Of a stretch of 64,000 bases of DNA, positions 47,084-57,018 are shown piece by piece. A program made the position numbers and the translations under genes. The stretch's first letter is position 1, and each line of letters opens with the position of its first letter. The DNA is from Candidatus Thorarchaeota archaeon (GTDB lineage Archaea; Asgardarchaeota; Thorarchaeia; Thorarchaeales; Thorarchaeaceae): positions 34,601 through 98,600 of the forward strand of contig JBHLRP010000005.1 in NCBI GenBank assembly GCA_048882485.1. The letters are read 5' to 3'. The notes under the pieces were generated by a model. That model did no database searches and was not told the origin of the DNA. It was given only the letters and a program-made list of their open reading frames with translations.

Positions 47084-48226
47084 TCAATTATCACCTAAGT
47101 ATTCATGTGCTTTCTTAAGCTGGTCAATGATTTCAATGGCCTGGGGACACTTCTCAAGACACTCACCACATTCTTCGCAAGCAGAAGCATTTGCCCCTTT
47201 GGCCCATGGTGTTTTTCCAATCAATGAGTAGAGACGCCTTGCTTGCTGTCTATGTCCATATATCTCGTAATTCTGGAGTGCTTCGAATATTAGACTGATA
47301 TTCACTTCATTTGGACAAGGTTCACAGTATTTACACTGGGTGCAGACGAGGTCACAGAGTTCTTTGAATTTCCTGGCGATGCTCTCAATTGACTCCTCTT
47401 CCTTCTGCATCAGTTTATCATAATCTTCTCTAGATGCAAGACGAAGGTTATCTTCAAGCATAGAATCAGAACCCATTCCTGAAAGTGCAACAGAAACGTT
47501 GGGATTGCTGTAAACGAATTTCAATGCCAGGTCTACGTAGTTCTTTCTGCCTGGTGAAAGCCATTCCTTCATCTCTTCCGGCAAATCCTCTCCAGCTAGT
47601 CTTCCTCCGCCTACTGGACCCATAATCGCAACGGCGAGCCCCTTTTTCCCGGCATAGTTGATCATCTCATGATTGACTTGGTCAACGATATTGTATTGAA
47701 CAAGCATTAGCTCAAAGTGTCCTGAGTCTATGATCTCTTTGAGGACCTCAGGTTTGTCATGAAACGAGAATGCGAAGTGTCGAAATTTCCCCTCTTCCTT
47801 AGCCATCATTGCTCTGTCTATGAGATCCATGCCCAATACTTTCTCCTCGAAGGTCTTCTTGTTCAAGGAGTGGAATAGATAGTAATCCAGATACTCGACA
47901 TCCAAGCGTCTTAGCTGTTCGTCAAGATACTTCTCGAAGTGCTCAGGCTTTGAAAATTCATCAGGTCCCACCGGGCATTTCGTTGCCAATGTCACTCTCT
48001 CTCGATATCCATCCTTTAGAGCCAACCCTACGACAACCTCGCTCTCCCCACCATGATAAGGCCAAGCGGTATCTATGTAGTTGATGCCATTGTCAATTCC
48101 TTTTCGGATTAGCTGGATTGCTTCAACTCTCTTGATTTTGCCATCCTCATCAGTGGGAAGGCGCATTGCTCCAAATCCCAGCACTGATACCTTTGTTCCT
48201 GTATTGCCCAAAGCCCTGTACTTCAT
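47084..48226 (-). CDS. Aldo/keto reductase with a C-terminal 4Fe-4S dicluster
   Basis: GFGAMRLP, IDTAWPYHGGESE, CTQCKYCEPCP, CEECGECLEKCP. Confidence 0.92.
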   Translation of the reverse strand: MKYRALGNTGTKVSVLGFGAMRLPTDEDGKIKRVEAIQLIRKGIDNGINYIDTAWPYHGGESEVVVGLALKDGYRERVTLATKCPVGPDEFSKPEHFEKYLDEQLRRLDVEYLDYYLFHSLNKKTFEEKVLGMDLIDRAMMAKEEGKFRHFAFSFHDKPEVLKEIIDSGHFELMLVQYNIVDQVNHEMINYAGKKGLAVAIMGPVGGGRLAGEDLPEEMKEWLSPGRKNYVDLALKFVYSNPNVSVALSGMGSDSMLEDNLRLASREDYDKLMQKEEESIESIARKFKELCDLVCTQCKYCEPCPNEVNISLIFEALQNYEIYGHRQQARRLYSLIGKTPWAKGANASACEECGECLEKCPQAIEIIDQLKKAHEYLGDN

Positions 48227-48301
48227 GCCATTTCAACTCGTGAAGGTATCCTGCAGGTTACATCGCCTCTGTTAAATACAGGGGTTAAAGTTGAATGGTT
48301 G

Positions 48302-50326
48302 ATGGCGTTGACTTCAGACACACGAAACAGTAATGCAGAAGCCAAAGCTAGAGAGATTCTCTCAAAGATGACATTGAGAGAGAAGTTCCAGATGCTGACA
48401 AGTCCGAGTTATCGACGTATATATTCAACCAGACCAATCAGGCGGCTTGGAGTCCCTTCTTTCAGAATGACAGATGGACCGCTTGGAATTGCATTTCATT
48501 CAGGTGGTTTCAAACGCTGCACAAGATTCCCCGCAACGATTTCAGTTGCGGCAACATGGAATAGGTCGATGGTAAATGAAATGGGCATAGCCATAGCAGA
48601 TGAGATTCGTGCTATCAATCGACACTTGCTGCTAGCCCCTGGCATCAACATCGCCCGAACACCCCTGAACGGGAGAACTTTCGAATACTTCAGCGAAGAC
48701 CCCTATCTAACAAAAGAACTAGCTATTCCGCTCGTGAAAGGGATGCAGAGCAATGGTGTTGGCGCCTGCATAAAACACTACGCAGCGAATAATCAGGAGA
48801 TTGACAGAAGATCATGCAACTCGGTAGTAGATGAAAGAGCCCTGCACGAAATATACCTTCGAGCTTTTCACGAGGTTGTCATAGAAGGTGACGCATGGTC
48901 AGTCATGGGAAGCTACAACAAAGTGAATGGTGTATATGCGTGTGAGAATTCGTATCTCATTCGTGAGGTCCTAATGAATAGATGGGGATTCAAGGGATTC
49001 GTAGTGACCGATTGGTTTGCTACACGTCAGTATGAAACTGCTGAAGGATGCATCAATGCGGGCTTGTCATTGGAGATGCCTGTTCCCTCCAAGTACAAAC
49101 AGAAGACATTGTTGAAGGCATTCAAAGAGGGTGAATTCTCAGAAGACACTCTAGATGATTTGGTGTTTCGCGTGTTGCGAGTGATGCACTTGACAGGTGC
49201 ATTCAAAGAAAATGATGTAATGCCAAAGGGGTCGAGAAACACAAGGGAGCACCAGAATCTATCTCGGAGAATTGCAGAAGAAGGGATGGTTCTCCTGAAG
49301 AATGAAGGTCAAATACTACCCTTGAACCTTGAAGACATTGATACAATTGCACTGATTGGGCCGAACCTGAAGAAGAGATTCGGTAGGATACTCTACGGAG
49401 GGTCGTCCGCAGTCTGGCCTCCGTATGAGATCTCTCCCTTGAAAGGCCTGCAGGAGAAACTCAAGGGCAAAACCAGAATCGTGAAGGATATATCAAGTGC
49501 AGACGCTGCGATTATCTTTGTTGGGTTGAATCATAACAAAGGCCAGGACTCTGAATCACATGACCGCGCAGAGCTTGGGCTCCCTGAAAAGCAGGTTCAA
49601 CTGATAAATGAAACAGCTAAAGACAATCCAAATACAATCGTTGTTATTGTTGCAGGCAGCCCCATCACAATGAACGACTGGCTGGAAAATGTGCCTGCAA
49701 TCCTTGATGCATGGTATTCAGGAATGGAAGGAGGAAGAGCAATTGCCAACATACTCTTTGGAGATGCGTATCCGTCAGGTAAACTTCCAATTACTTTTCC
49801 AAAGAAGCTGACCGACTCACCAGCCCATAGCACAGGCGACCCAAGAAATTACCCCGGCGATGAAGAAAAGAATGTATACTATGACGAAGGAATTTTCGTG
49901 GGATATCGGTGGTTTGATGAAAAGGATATTGAGCCGCTATTTCCATTTGGCTATGGTCTGAGCTATACTTCATTCGAGTTTGGAGATGTTCGTCCTCAAA
50001 TTGACAAATTCTCAGGAGTAACCGATTCAATTAGCGTTGAAGTGGATTTGGAAAACGTTGGAGAGAAGAATGGAGCTGAGGTCATTCAGATCTATTGTCG
50101 TGATATAGAGAGTTCTGTTGAGAGGCCGCCCCAAGAGCTGGTAGGTTTTGAAAAAGTGGTTTTGCAGCCGGGCGAGAAAAAGTCAGTACCTGTTTTGATA
50201 AAGCCAAAAGATCTGATGTTTTACGATGTCAATAGGCATGATTGGCATCTGGAACCAGGAGAATTCGAGCTAAGAATTGGAAACTCAAGTAGAGATCTAT
50301 TCTCCAATCTAAAGATAAGCTGCTGA
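48302..50326 (+). CDS. Glycoside hydrolase family 3 (beta-glucosidase-like), no signal peptide
   Basis: TDGPLG, APGINIARTPLNGRTFEYFSEDP, IKHY, VVTDW, VLLKN, PSGKLP, FPFGYGLSYT, Fn3-like C-terminus. Confidence 0.93.
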   Translation: MALTSDTRNSNAEAKAREILSKMTLREKFQMLTSPSYRRIYSTRPIRRLGVPSFRMTDGPLGIAFHSGGFKRCTRFPATISVAATWNRSMVNEMGIAIADEIRAINRHLLLAPGINIARTPLNGRTFEYFSEDPYLTKELAIPLVKGMQSNGVGACIKHYAANNQEIDRRSCNSVVDERALHEIYLRAFHEVVIEGDAWSVMGSYNKVNGVYACENSYLIREVLMNRWGFKGFVVTDWFATRQYETAEGCINAGLSLEMPVPSKYKQKTLLKAFKEGEFSEDTLDDLVFRVLRVMHLTGAFKENDVMPKGSRNTREHQNLSRRIAEEGMVLLKNEGQILPLNLEDIDTIALIGPNLKKRFGRILYGGSSAVWPPYEISPLKGLQEKLKGKTRIVKDISSADAAIIFVGLNHNKGQDSESHDRAELGLPEKQVQLINETAKDNPNTIVVIVAGSPITMNDWLENVPAILDAWYSGMEGGRAIANILFGDAYPSGKLPITFPKKLTDSPAHSTGDPRNYPGDEEKNVYYDEGIFVGYRWFDEKDIEPLFPFGYGLSYTSFEFGDVRPQIDKFSGVTDSISVEVDLENVGEKNGAEVIQIYCRDIESSVERPPQELVGFEKVVLQPGEKKSVPVLIKPKDLMFYDVNRHDWHLEPGEFELRIGNSSRDLFSNLKISC

Positions 50327-50367
50327 CATATAGCTTGAGAGATCAACGCCTTACCCTGGTCTTGGCT

Positions 50368-51870
50368 CTAAGTCCTGAACTGCTTTCCTTCTCTCTTGCA
50401 CAATATCTGGACTACGTTCCTGCCTGTGTAGATGCTCCCTGGCACACCTCCGCCTGGCAGAACCCAGTGGCCCGCCATATAGAAGTTCTCTAAACCTGGG
50501 AGTGTTCGAGGAATTAGCTCGGTCAATGTGTTCCTTGTCAATAGCCATCCCATAGGAGAACCCTTGTCGTTTAGTGTATACCTCCAAGAGGTGTAGGGTG
50601 TTGCAACATCTATCATCTCAACCTGAGAAGTTATCCCTGGATAATGAACTTCGAGGCGTTTGATTATCTCTTGTGCAATCTGGTTCTTGACAGCTTTGTA
50701 TTCATCATGATTTTTCCGGAGATTGTACCAGTACTCCCAATCAGTTTCAAGCATGATTTGGATGACTGTCTTACCTTCTGGAGCAAATGCATCGCTATAG
50801 TTCATGACTCTCAACGGCAGACAAGTAATTGAGCGACCGGCATATTCGAGTGGTTCCTTCAATACATAAACAGTAAACGGCGCTTCTTGCTCGAATTCCC
50901 TGTTTACACCCAGTGACACTGCTACCATTGGGTCATAGGGCTTCCATGTGTCGTAGCATTTCTGGATCTTATCATCGACATACTTGCCGCCCAGCATGTC
51001 GAAGATTGTGCTTCTGCCATCAGCTGCAGACACGACAATATCTGCTCTGTGCTCAGTTCCATCCGCAAGAACTACACCAACGGCTACATCATCTTCAACC
51101 AAGATTTTCTCGACTTTTGATCGATATTGAATCTCTCCGCCAAGCGACTCGTACTTCTTTACAATAGCTTCAATGAATTCGTGGCAACCTCCTTTGAAGA
51201 GACCTAGGAATCCGCCAGCTACAGTGGCCATAATCATTATCACAAACCAGAACGAGATGTCAGGAGCAAATAGGTTCCTGATTAGCGTCTTCATAAACGG
51301 GTCTTTGTAATATTCAGAATACCCAGCCGCAGTCTTGGACCACTTGCCCATGAAGTACTTCATGAAGCCGCGCATATTCCACATGTCTTTCAGTGAATCA
51401 AAGCGTCCTCTCAACTCCGGAGGAGCTGTGCTCATACCCAAGTCCGTCAACAGAGGCGAGTCCTTCATCCACCTCACCTCTTTAATGAACGCATGAATCT
51501 CATCGGCATCTTCGGTAGAGAGGTCAATGAGGTTTCGCTCGAGTTTCTCTAGGTCCATTGTGAATTCAGCGACCTTTGATCCAGTTTCATCCACAAACCG
51601 CATATACCTAGTCATGTCCGCTATCTCATACGACCCGACTGCACCAATCTCTTCGTACACATCGTATATTGACGTTCCTGGCTTGTGGCAGATTAAGAAA
51701 TGAATTCCGCCATCTATCAGATACTCTCCCCTTCTCCAAACAGCAGCAACCCCGCCTGGCTTTGAGTGATACTCAAAGATTCTACTCTCATAGCCATTTT
51801 TCTGTGCATAGCAGCCCGTGGAGAGTCCTCCCAAGCCCGCTCCTATAATTATCATTGTTTTCTTGCCCAT
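50368..51870 (-). CDS. FAD-dependent oxidoreductase, phytoene desaturase (CrtI)-like
   Basis: IIGAGLGGL, GG..W.RG.Y..DGG.H, DVATP, LYM/FYMAGHW..PGGG. Confidence 0.88.
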   Translation of the reverse strand: MGKKTMIIIGAGLGGLSTGCYAQKNGYESRIFEYHSKPGGVAAVWRRGEYLIDGGIHFLICHKPGTSIYDVYEEIGAVGSYEIADMTRYMRFVDETGSKVAEFTMDLEKLERNLIDLSTEDADEIHAFIKEVRWMKDSPLLTDLGMSTAPPELRGRFDSLKDMWNMRGFMKYFMGKWSKTAAGYSEYYKDPFMKTLIRNLFAPDISFWFVIMIMATVAGGFLGLFKGGCHEFIEAIVKKYESLGGEIQYRSKVEKILVEDDVAVGVVLADGTEHRADIVVSAADGRSTIFDMLGGKYVDDKIQKCYDTWKPYDPMVAVSLGVNREFEQEAPFTVYVLKEPLEYAGRSITCLPLRVMNYSDAFAPEGKTVIQIMLETDWEYWYNLRKNHDEYKAVKNQIAQEIIKRLEVHYPGITSQVEMIDVATPYTSWRYTLNDKGSPMGWLLTRNTLTELIPRTLPGLENFYMAGHWVLPGGGVPGSIYTGRNVVQILCKREGKQFRT

Positions 51871-51876
51871 TTCTCC

Positions 51877-52368
51877 TCACCCCATTTTTTCACTGGCAAG
51901 ATATTCCAGCACCTTCTCTAGAGCCTCATTCCAAACTCCAATTCCTCTAATTTCAGCATTCACAGCTCTCTTCAGTGCGGCGTCTCTCTTCTTATTCCTA
52001 GCTAAGAGATCTCTCATGCTGGCGATGAAATTTCGGTTCACTGCGATAAGCTGTTGAAGCATTGACATGCCCAAGTTTGTCGAGGATGCGACCCGGTACC
52101 GATAGCCAGTTTTTCGAGACCCGGTTTTCTCAACAACACCATAGGTTTCAAGAACTTTGAGTGCGCGATTGACAGAAGGGATCGAAGTAGGGTATTTCGA
52201 CTCAGGGAAGAGTTCTCCCAGTCGTGCTGAGATTCCTTTCTGTGTCCACTCTTGAGGTTCAAGTAGCATTAGCCCCTCAATCCAGCCGCAATACTCGGGA
52301 TACCCATATTGGTCGTACATAGTTCCTATAGTGGTTAAGAATATTCTACGTAACTTGTGACTTGCCAA
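51877..52368 (-). CDS. GbsR/MarR-like transcriptional regulator
   Basis: TTG start at 52368 with GAGGCG upstream; YGYPEYCGWIEGLMLLEP..WTQ..I, SIPSVNRALKVLE.YG. Confidence 0.7.
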   Translation of the reverse strand: MASHKLRRIFLTTIGTMYDQYGYPEYCGWIEGLMLLEPQEWTQKGISARLGELFPESKYPTSIPSVNRALKVLETYGVVEKTGSRKTGYRYRVASSTNLGMSMLQQLIAVNRNFIASMRDLLARNKKRDAALKRAVNAEIRGIGVWNEALEKVLEYLASEKMG

Positions 52369-52411
52369 TTGCTGCGCCTCACAAGAAATATGACAAAGGA
52401 AGAATTTAAGT

Positions 52412-52429
52412 ATTTCAGTATTCTGAAAT
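52412..52429. promoter_or_regulatory. Palindrome ATTTCAG-TATT-CTGAAAT, likely operator of the adjacent regulator
   Basis: Perfect 7-bp arms beside a TATA-like element upstream of 52368. Confidence 0.55.
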
Positions 52430-52537
52430 TTTGAAATTAATAGGATTAGACAAGTCGAAGGCCATGTCTTGCTTTCAGAGATGAACTTTAAGGCAAATTG
52501 CACCTCTGCACCTTGAGGGAGATTCAATTTGCAGACC

Positions 52538-53311
52538 ATGACTGATAGTATAAGAAATTCAGGCGTTCTTGAGATTCGAGATAGACTGTCATTCATTTCT
52601 GGAGGGAGGGCATTGGATGTGGGAACTCAGCAAGGCCGTTTTATTACTGTCATGATGAAATTCATGGAAAGCTATGAATCATTCGTTGGCATTGATATAT
52701 CAGAGGCGGTTTTGGAGAAAGCTAGAGAGGCCATCACTAAGGATTTTGTTGAGTTCAAACTCATGAATGCCGAGGTACTTAATTTCGAAGATGAATACTT
52801 TGATACGGTATCCATATCCCACTCTCTTCATCATCTCGATAGTATAGACAACGTTCTTGGGGAGATGCTGCGTGTGCTAAAACCAGGTGGACATCTGATT
52901 CTTCAGGAGATATTCTCTGATGATGATCAGAACGATGCACAGCAAACTGAGATTCTCACACATCACTTGGATGCAAGAATGGACAGAATCGAGGGGACTC
53001 CTCATTTTGATACACTTACACGACGACAGATTAAGGATATTGTAAACGGACTGGGAATGAGCACCGTTGAAGTGTTCGAAACGGCATGGGGACTTAGTTG
53101 TCTAGATTGTGACAAGGCTGAGCAATGCGAAGATCCCAAGAGCGAATACAACATGAAACACGGTCGAGAGGAAATTGAAGATATTCTGAAAAGGGCGAAG
53201 GATCAACCAGGGACTGATGGCATTCAACAAGAAGCTGAGCTCCTACATGAAAGGTTGGAAAGAACCGGCTATCAATCCGCTTCGCTACTGTTCTTCATCT
53301 GTAGGAAATAA
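52538..53311 (+). CDS. Class I SAM methyltransferase
   Basis: ALDVGTQQG, GIDIS, FDTV, LHH, RVLKPGG; CLDC...C insert. Confidence 0.85.
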   Translation: MTDSIRNSGVLEIRDRLSFISGGRALDVGTQQGRFITVMMKFMESYESFVGIDISEAVLEKAREAITKDFVEFKLMNAEVLNFEDEYFDTVSISHSLHHLDSIDNVLGEMLRVLKPGGHLILQEIFSDDDQNDAQQTEILTHHLDARMDRIEGTPHFDTLTRRQIKDIVNGLGMSTVEVFETAWGLSCLDCDKAEQCEDPKSEYNMKHGREEIEDILKRAKDQPGTDGIQQEAELLHERLERTGYQSASLLFFICRK

Positions 53312-53319
53312 TTCAATAT

Positions 53320-53679
53320 TCAGCTCTTGATCCGTCCATCTTCTATTCTCTCAAGAGTAAGGAGTGCGTTGATGTAATCATCCATAGTCTGGGTTCTCTC
53401 TTTCAAAGTCAAACTTGAATCAAGAATCCGCTTTCTCAACATACTCAAGTACCGATTCTCAAGCCTCTCGATATAGGTTGACGATCCCATCTTTGTCACT
53501 TTGATTCTTGGTTGACTCTGTATGTATTCGATTAGTCTGACCCAGCTTTCCGCAGTTACTGGATTGAGGCCAATCCTTTGGAACTCGGATTTTGGAAAAG
53601 GTTCAGGCTGCGCCTCGATGAACCTGAAGATCGACTCTACTCGTTCGGCCAATGTTCGTCGACGCCTCTTTTTGGACAT
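53320..53679 (-). CDS. Small wHTH-like DNA-binding protein
   Basis: Start ATG 53679; RRTLAERVESIF..I......KSEF..IGLNP.TAE.W..LI. Confidence 0.65.
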   Translation of the reverse strand: MSKKRRRRTLAERVESIFRFIEAQPEPFPKSEFQRIGLNPVTAESWVRLIEYIQSQPRIKVTKMGSSTYIERLENRYLSMLRKRILDSSLTLKERTQTMDDYINALLTLERIEDGRIKS

Positions 53680-53697
53680 AATACAATAATGTATTAT
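53678..53697. promoter_or_regulatory. Palindrome ATAATACA-ATAA-TGTATTAT overlapping the wHTH start codon
   Basis: Perfect 8-bp arms in the divergent wHTH/eutA region. Confidence 0.55.
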
Positions 53698-53794
53698 ATA
53701 ATATATAAACATATCTTTTATATGCAAGTCGAATTCCATCAATATCAGAACTTCAATTGGATGGACCACCTTGATTGAAGATGCTGTTGGAAAC

Positions 53795-55810
53795 ATGCAG
53801 TCTCATGTCATTAGTATCACTAGAGGCTTCTTCGAAGAACATTTCCCTGATGATGCAGAAGCCATGAGTAAGGCATTCGCTGAAAAATACGAATCGCTAG
53901 TAGAGCAGCAAGAAAGAGAAGACGCCACTGAAGTAGAAGGAATGCGTAACCTCATTGTTTCCTTCAGGCCTGCGTTATCCTATGTCCTGCAACAATGTGA
54001 AGAATTTGACATGCTCTTGACTATGATGTTGTATTCGTTCAAGGCTTCATGGGAAGGAGCACACCGAAGAAGGTCGAAGCCTCCTCCCAAGAAAGGACCA
54101 GTCATGCCAGGCAGCGATCAGTCAGTGAACCTCGAATTCTACTGCACAGTATGCGAACAAGTTATTGATGTGCCTTATGAGAAGAAGATGGAGATTCTCA
54201 ATTCTGAGGAAGAAGTTGAGCTTCCAACCCATTGTGGTCAGTCAGTTAAGATCAGAATCTCTAGGAAGGGAGAAGAGTCAAAGGTGGAAGAGGCTGAACA
54301 AGAGGAGTCAATCGAACCCATCGAATTGCTGATGGGTCATGTGCCAGCTGATAACGTTGAGTACATGAAGGTTCTTAGTGTCGGGATTGATATAGGTTCA
54401 TCCACATCGCATCTCATTTTCTCTCGACTTACACTCAAACGGGAAACAAGCCTGTTCAATATCACGAATCGTTTCAACCTCGTCAATCGAGAGATCATCT
54501 ACGAGAGTTCCATTATCTTCACGCCACTCATCGACCGATACAATATCGATGTCGAGGCTGTGATCGAGTTTTGTGAGGAGGAGTACAAGAAAGCCGAAAT
54601 AACTCCGGAGATGGTTGAAACAGGTGCAGTTTTAGTTACAGGAGAGACTGCTAAGAAGGAAAATGCTGCAGAGATTGTTAATCGTCTATCCTCCGAATCT
54701 GGCAAATTTGTTAGTGCAGCCGCTGGTCCAAATCTTGAATCCCTTCTAAGTGCCATGGGAAGTGGGATTGTTGATCAATCACTCTTCAGCCAGAAATCAC
54801 ATTTGCATGTTGACATTGGTGGAGGAACTAGCAACCTTGCTATTGTATCCCGTGGTCTGGTTCTAGGCACAAGTTGCATCAATGTTGGAGGCCGTTTGCT
54901 TGGGATTGATAAAAACCTCAAGATTTGGCGAATAGATGGCCCCGCACAATTCCTCATGAATGAACTAGGTATGCAGTATCAAATTGGCGACACCATTGCT
55001 GAAGAAGATGCAAGGAGTATTGCTGGAGAGTTTGCAGAAGCACTGTTTGAAGTAATGCAAGGTCCTGCGGAGAGCAAAATTGCTAGGGAACTGATGATGA
55101 CGGATGATTTGGATTTCTCAATCCCGATAGATGCCTACTCCTTCTCAGGTGGGGTTTCTGAGATGTTCTACGGCAACGATGAAACCTTCGATGATATCGG
55201 TGTGATGCTAGCAGAAGAAATCAAGGCCTTAGTCGAAGACAAAGGCTTGTCAGTGGTTGAGCCTGACAATAAGATTCGAGCCACAGTCATTGGCGCTGGA
55301 GCCTTTTCTCTCTCGGTGTCGGGCTCAACTACTTTCTTCGGTGAGGGCATTGAGCTACCACTCGTTAACATACCTGTGCTCCCTGTAGGTTTAGGAAATG
55401 AGGAATTCTCTCCCGAAAGGCTGGTCAAGGAAATCCGTAGATCATTCACCACTTTTGACATGATTGAGGGAGAGGATATTGTCGCCTTATACTTCAAAGA
55501 CCGAGTCATATCTAGAGTATATACAGGCGATGGGTGGCTTCCACCATTTGCAGAGTCAATAGAAGAGGCTATGTCAAATTCTGTTTCAAAGAGGAGACCT
55601 GTCATTTTGATATTTGGATACGATGTAGCCAAGAGACTGGGTCTCGCGATAAGGGATGAAACTTCTATCAAGACTAACATTCTGGTTCTAGATGAGCTGC
55701 TGCTGGAAGCAGGTGATTGGATAGATATTGGCGCACCCCTCAAAGACACAGAAGCTTTTCCTGTCACTGTGAAGAGTCTTGTGTTCAATAAGAGCAAGAA
55801 GTATTCCTAG
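53795..55810 (+). CDS. eutA: EutA ethanolamine ammonia-lyase reactivating factor with a ~190-aa N-terminal extension
   Basis: LSVGIDIGSSTSHLIFSRL, IFTPL, GAVLVTGETAKKENA, FVSAAAGPNLES, DIGGGTSN, NVGGRL, FSGGV, IRATVIGAG, GDWIDIG.P, PVTVKSLVF. Confidence 0.9.
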   Translation: MQSHVISITRGFFEEHFPDDAEAMSKAFAEKYESLVEQQEREDATEVEGMRNLIVSFRPALSYVLQQCEEFDMLLTMMLYSFKASWEGAHRRRSKPPPKKGPVMPGSDQSVNLEFYCTVCEQVIDVPYEKKMEILNSEEEVELPTHCGQSVKIRISRKGEESKVEEAEQEESIEPIELLMGHVPADNVEYMKVLSVGIDIGSSTSHLIFSRLTLKRETSLFNITNRFNLVNREIIYESSIIFTPLIDRYNIDVEAVIEFCEEEYKKAEITPEMVETGAVLVTGETAKKENAAEIVNRLSSESGKFVSAAAGPNLESLLSAMGSGIVDQSLFSQKSHLHVDIGGGTSNLAIVSRGLVLGTSCINVGGRLLGIDKNLKIWRIDGPAQFLMNELGMQYQIGDTIAEEDARSIAGEFAEALFEVMQGPAESKIARELMMTDDLDFSIPIDAYSFSGGVSEMFYGNDETFDDIGVMLAEEIKALVEDKGLSVVEPDNKIRATVIGAGAFSLSVSGSTTFFGEGIELPLVNIPVLPVGLGNEEFSPERLVKEIRRSFTTFDMIEGEDIVALYFKDRVISRVYTGDGWLPPFAESIEEAMSNSVSKRRPVILIFGYDVAKRLGLAIRDETSIKTNILVLDELLLEAGDWIDIGAPLKDTEAFPVTVKSLVFNKSKKYS

Positions 55811-55831
55811 AAAGAGATTGCGTCACACGCT

Positions 55832-56128
55832 CTAATCTCTCACACCTAAGATTACCAAATCCTCCAGTGCTTGAATGCCTCTCATTTGATTTGCTTCCAT
55901 AGATATGAACTGGTTCTCTTCGAGTTCGACCTTCTTCTCCCCAGAGGTGATGATCGCTTTTCCCTTTAGTACTAAGAAGAACGCAGAGTGATTCGCCATG
56001 TGGGGAGGGATTTGTGCTCCCTCTCCAAGGGATATTCGCAAGATTGAATATCCGTCTCTCTCCGCCAATGCGACTTTATTCGGACCCTTCGGGAAGACCA
56101 GATTCTCAAAAACATTGCCGCTTGTCAT
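55832..56128 (-). CDS. Cupin domain protein
   Basis: IPPH, VLKGKA, ALED. Confidence 0.8.
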   Translation of the reverse strand: MTSGNVFENLVFPKGPNKVALAERDGYSILRISLGEGAQIPPHMANHSAFFLVLKGKAIITSGEKKVELEENQFISMEANQMRGIQALEDLVILGVRD

Positions 56129-56189
56129 TGGTGTTCACGAGGTTGTTGTCCACTGCTTCAGCATATAAACAATAGTTAATAACCAATCT

Positions 56190-56729
56190 TCAGATCCAGC
56201 ATCTGACGCGTTTCTTGAATTCTCGATACTCATCCCCAAATTCCTCTTCCAGAATGGTCTCTTCCCTCTTTATGAAGAATCTGAAGACAATGTAGGTGAG
56301 AACAAGGAGGAATGAAGTTACCAGGCTACTCAAAACTACCGCCAATCCGAAAAGCGCCACGAGGCATCCCAGATATAAGGGATTCCGCGAGAATCTGTAA
56401 GGCCCCACAAGGACTAGTGCTTCAGGCCTCTGCATAGGCTCTCGATTTCGTAGACTTATTCTTCCTACGTAAAGCAGAGAGTAATTTGCCCATATTATCA
56501 AGAGCATGCCTATAGGAATGAACAGGAGTCCTATGAGATTGTAGGGTTGCGGAATTATGTCGGCCGGAAATGTGAATATGTCAATGAGGATTTGTATATC
56601 GACATTGAAGATAAGGAATGGGGCAAGAATGACATAGGCGAAGATGGTTGATAATATGATTATCCACAATCCTTGAAGGACTATTCTCGCACGAGGGTGT
56701 CGTTTTTTGAATTCTTCGAACTCAACCAT
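56190..56729 (-). CDS. Isoprenylcysteine carboxyl methyltransferase / PEMT family membrane protein
   Basis: LVLVGPYRFSRNPLYLG, EE..LEEEFGDEY.EFKKRV. Confidence 0.88.
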   Translation of the reverse strand: MVEFEEFKKRHPRARIVLQGLWIIILSTIFAYVILAPFLIFNVDIQILIDIFTFPADIIPQPYNLIGLLFIPIGMLLIIWANYSLLYVGRISLRNREPMQRPEALVLVGPYRFSRNPLYLGCLVALFGLAVVLSSLVTSFLLVLTYIVFRFFIKREETILEEEFGDEYREFKKRVRCWI

Positions 56730-57018
56730 TCAAGCACCGTCAACATATTCATCTTATTTGCTCACTTAACCGCTTTGGATTATTTGATATCGCCGTCATG
56801 ATTTCAATAAGATGATAATCCTGAGTTTGTTCGAATTTGAGGCTCATCTGATATAAGGGGGAGCGAGTATCTTGCAGCAATCTACTTATGGCAGAGGAAA
56901 TCCGCTTCTGAGATAAAAGAGGAATTCAATCAGATGTGGATGAGGGAAAGGAAATACCTGGCTGAGTGAGTCGCTAGAAAATGGTATTTAAGCCAGACAT
57001 GAGACCTGAGAATCTAAT

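Noticed and set aside
52538-53311. Methyltransferase as the missing ArsM
   Set aside because: ArsM-type Cys motifs (GCG, SNCV) are not seen, and it is not adjacent to arsS
56190-56729. ICMT-like gene as a Rab-modifying enzyme
   Set aside because: The family is widespread in prokaryotes, the complete Rab-like protein has no C-terminal Cys, and the genes are 55 kb apart
56730-57018. Possible gene relic (EYLAAIYLWQRK...)
   Set aside because: Too short, no start codon and no recognisable homology
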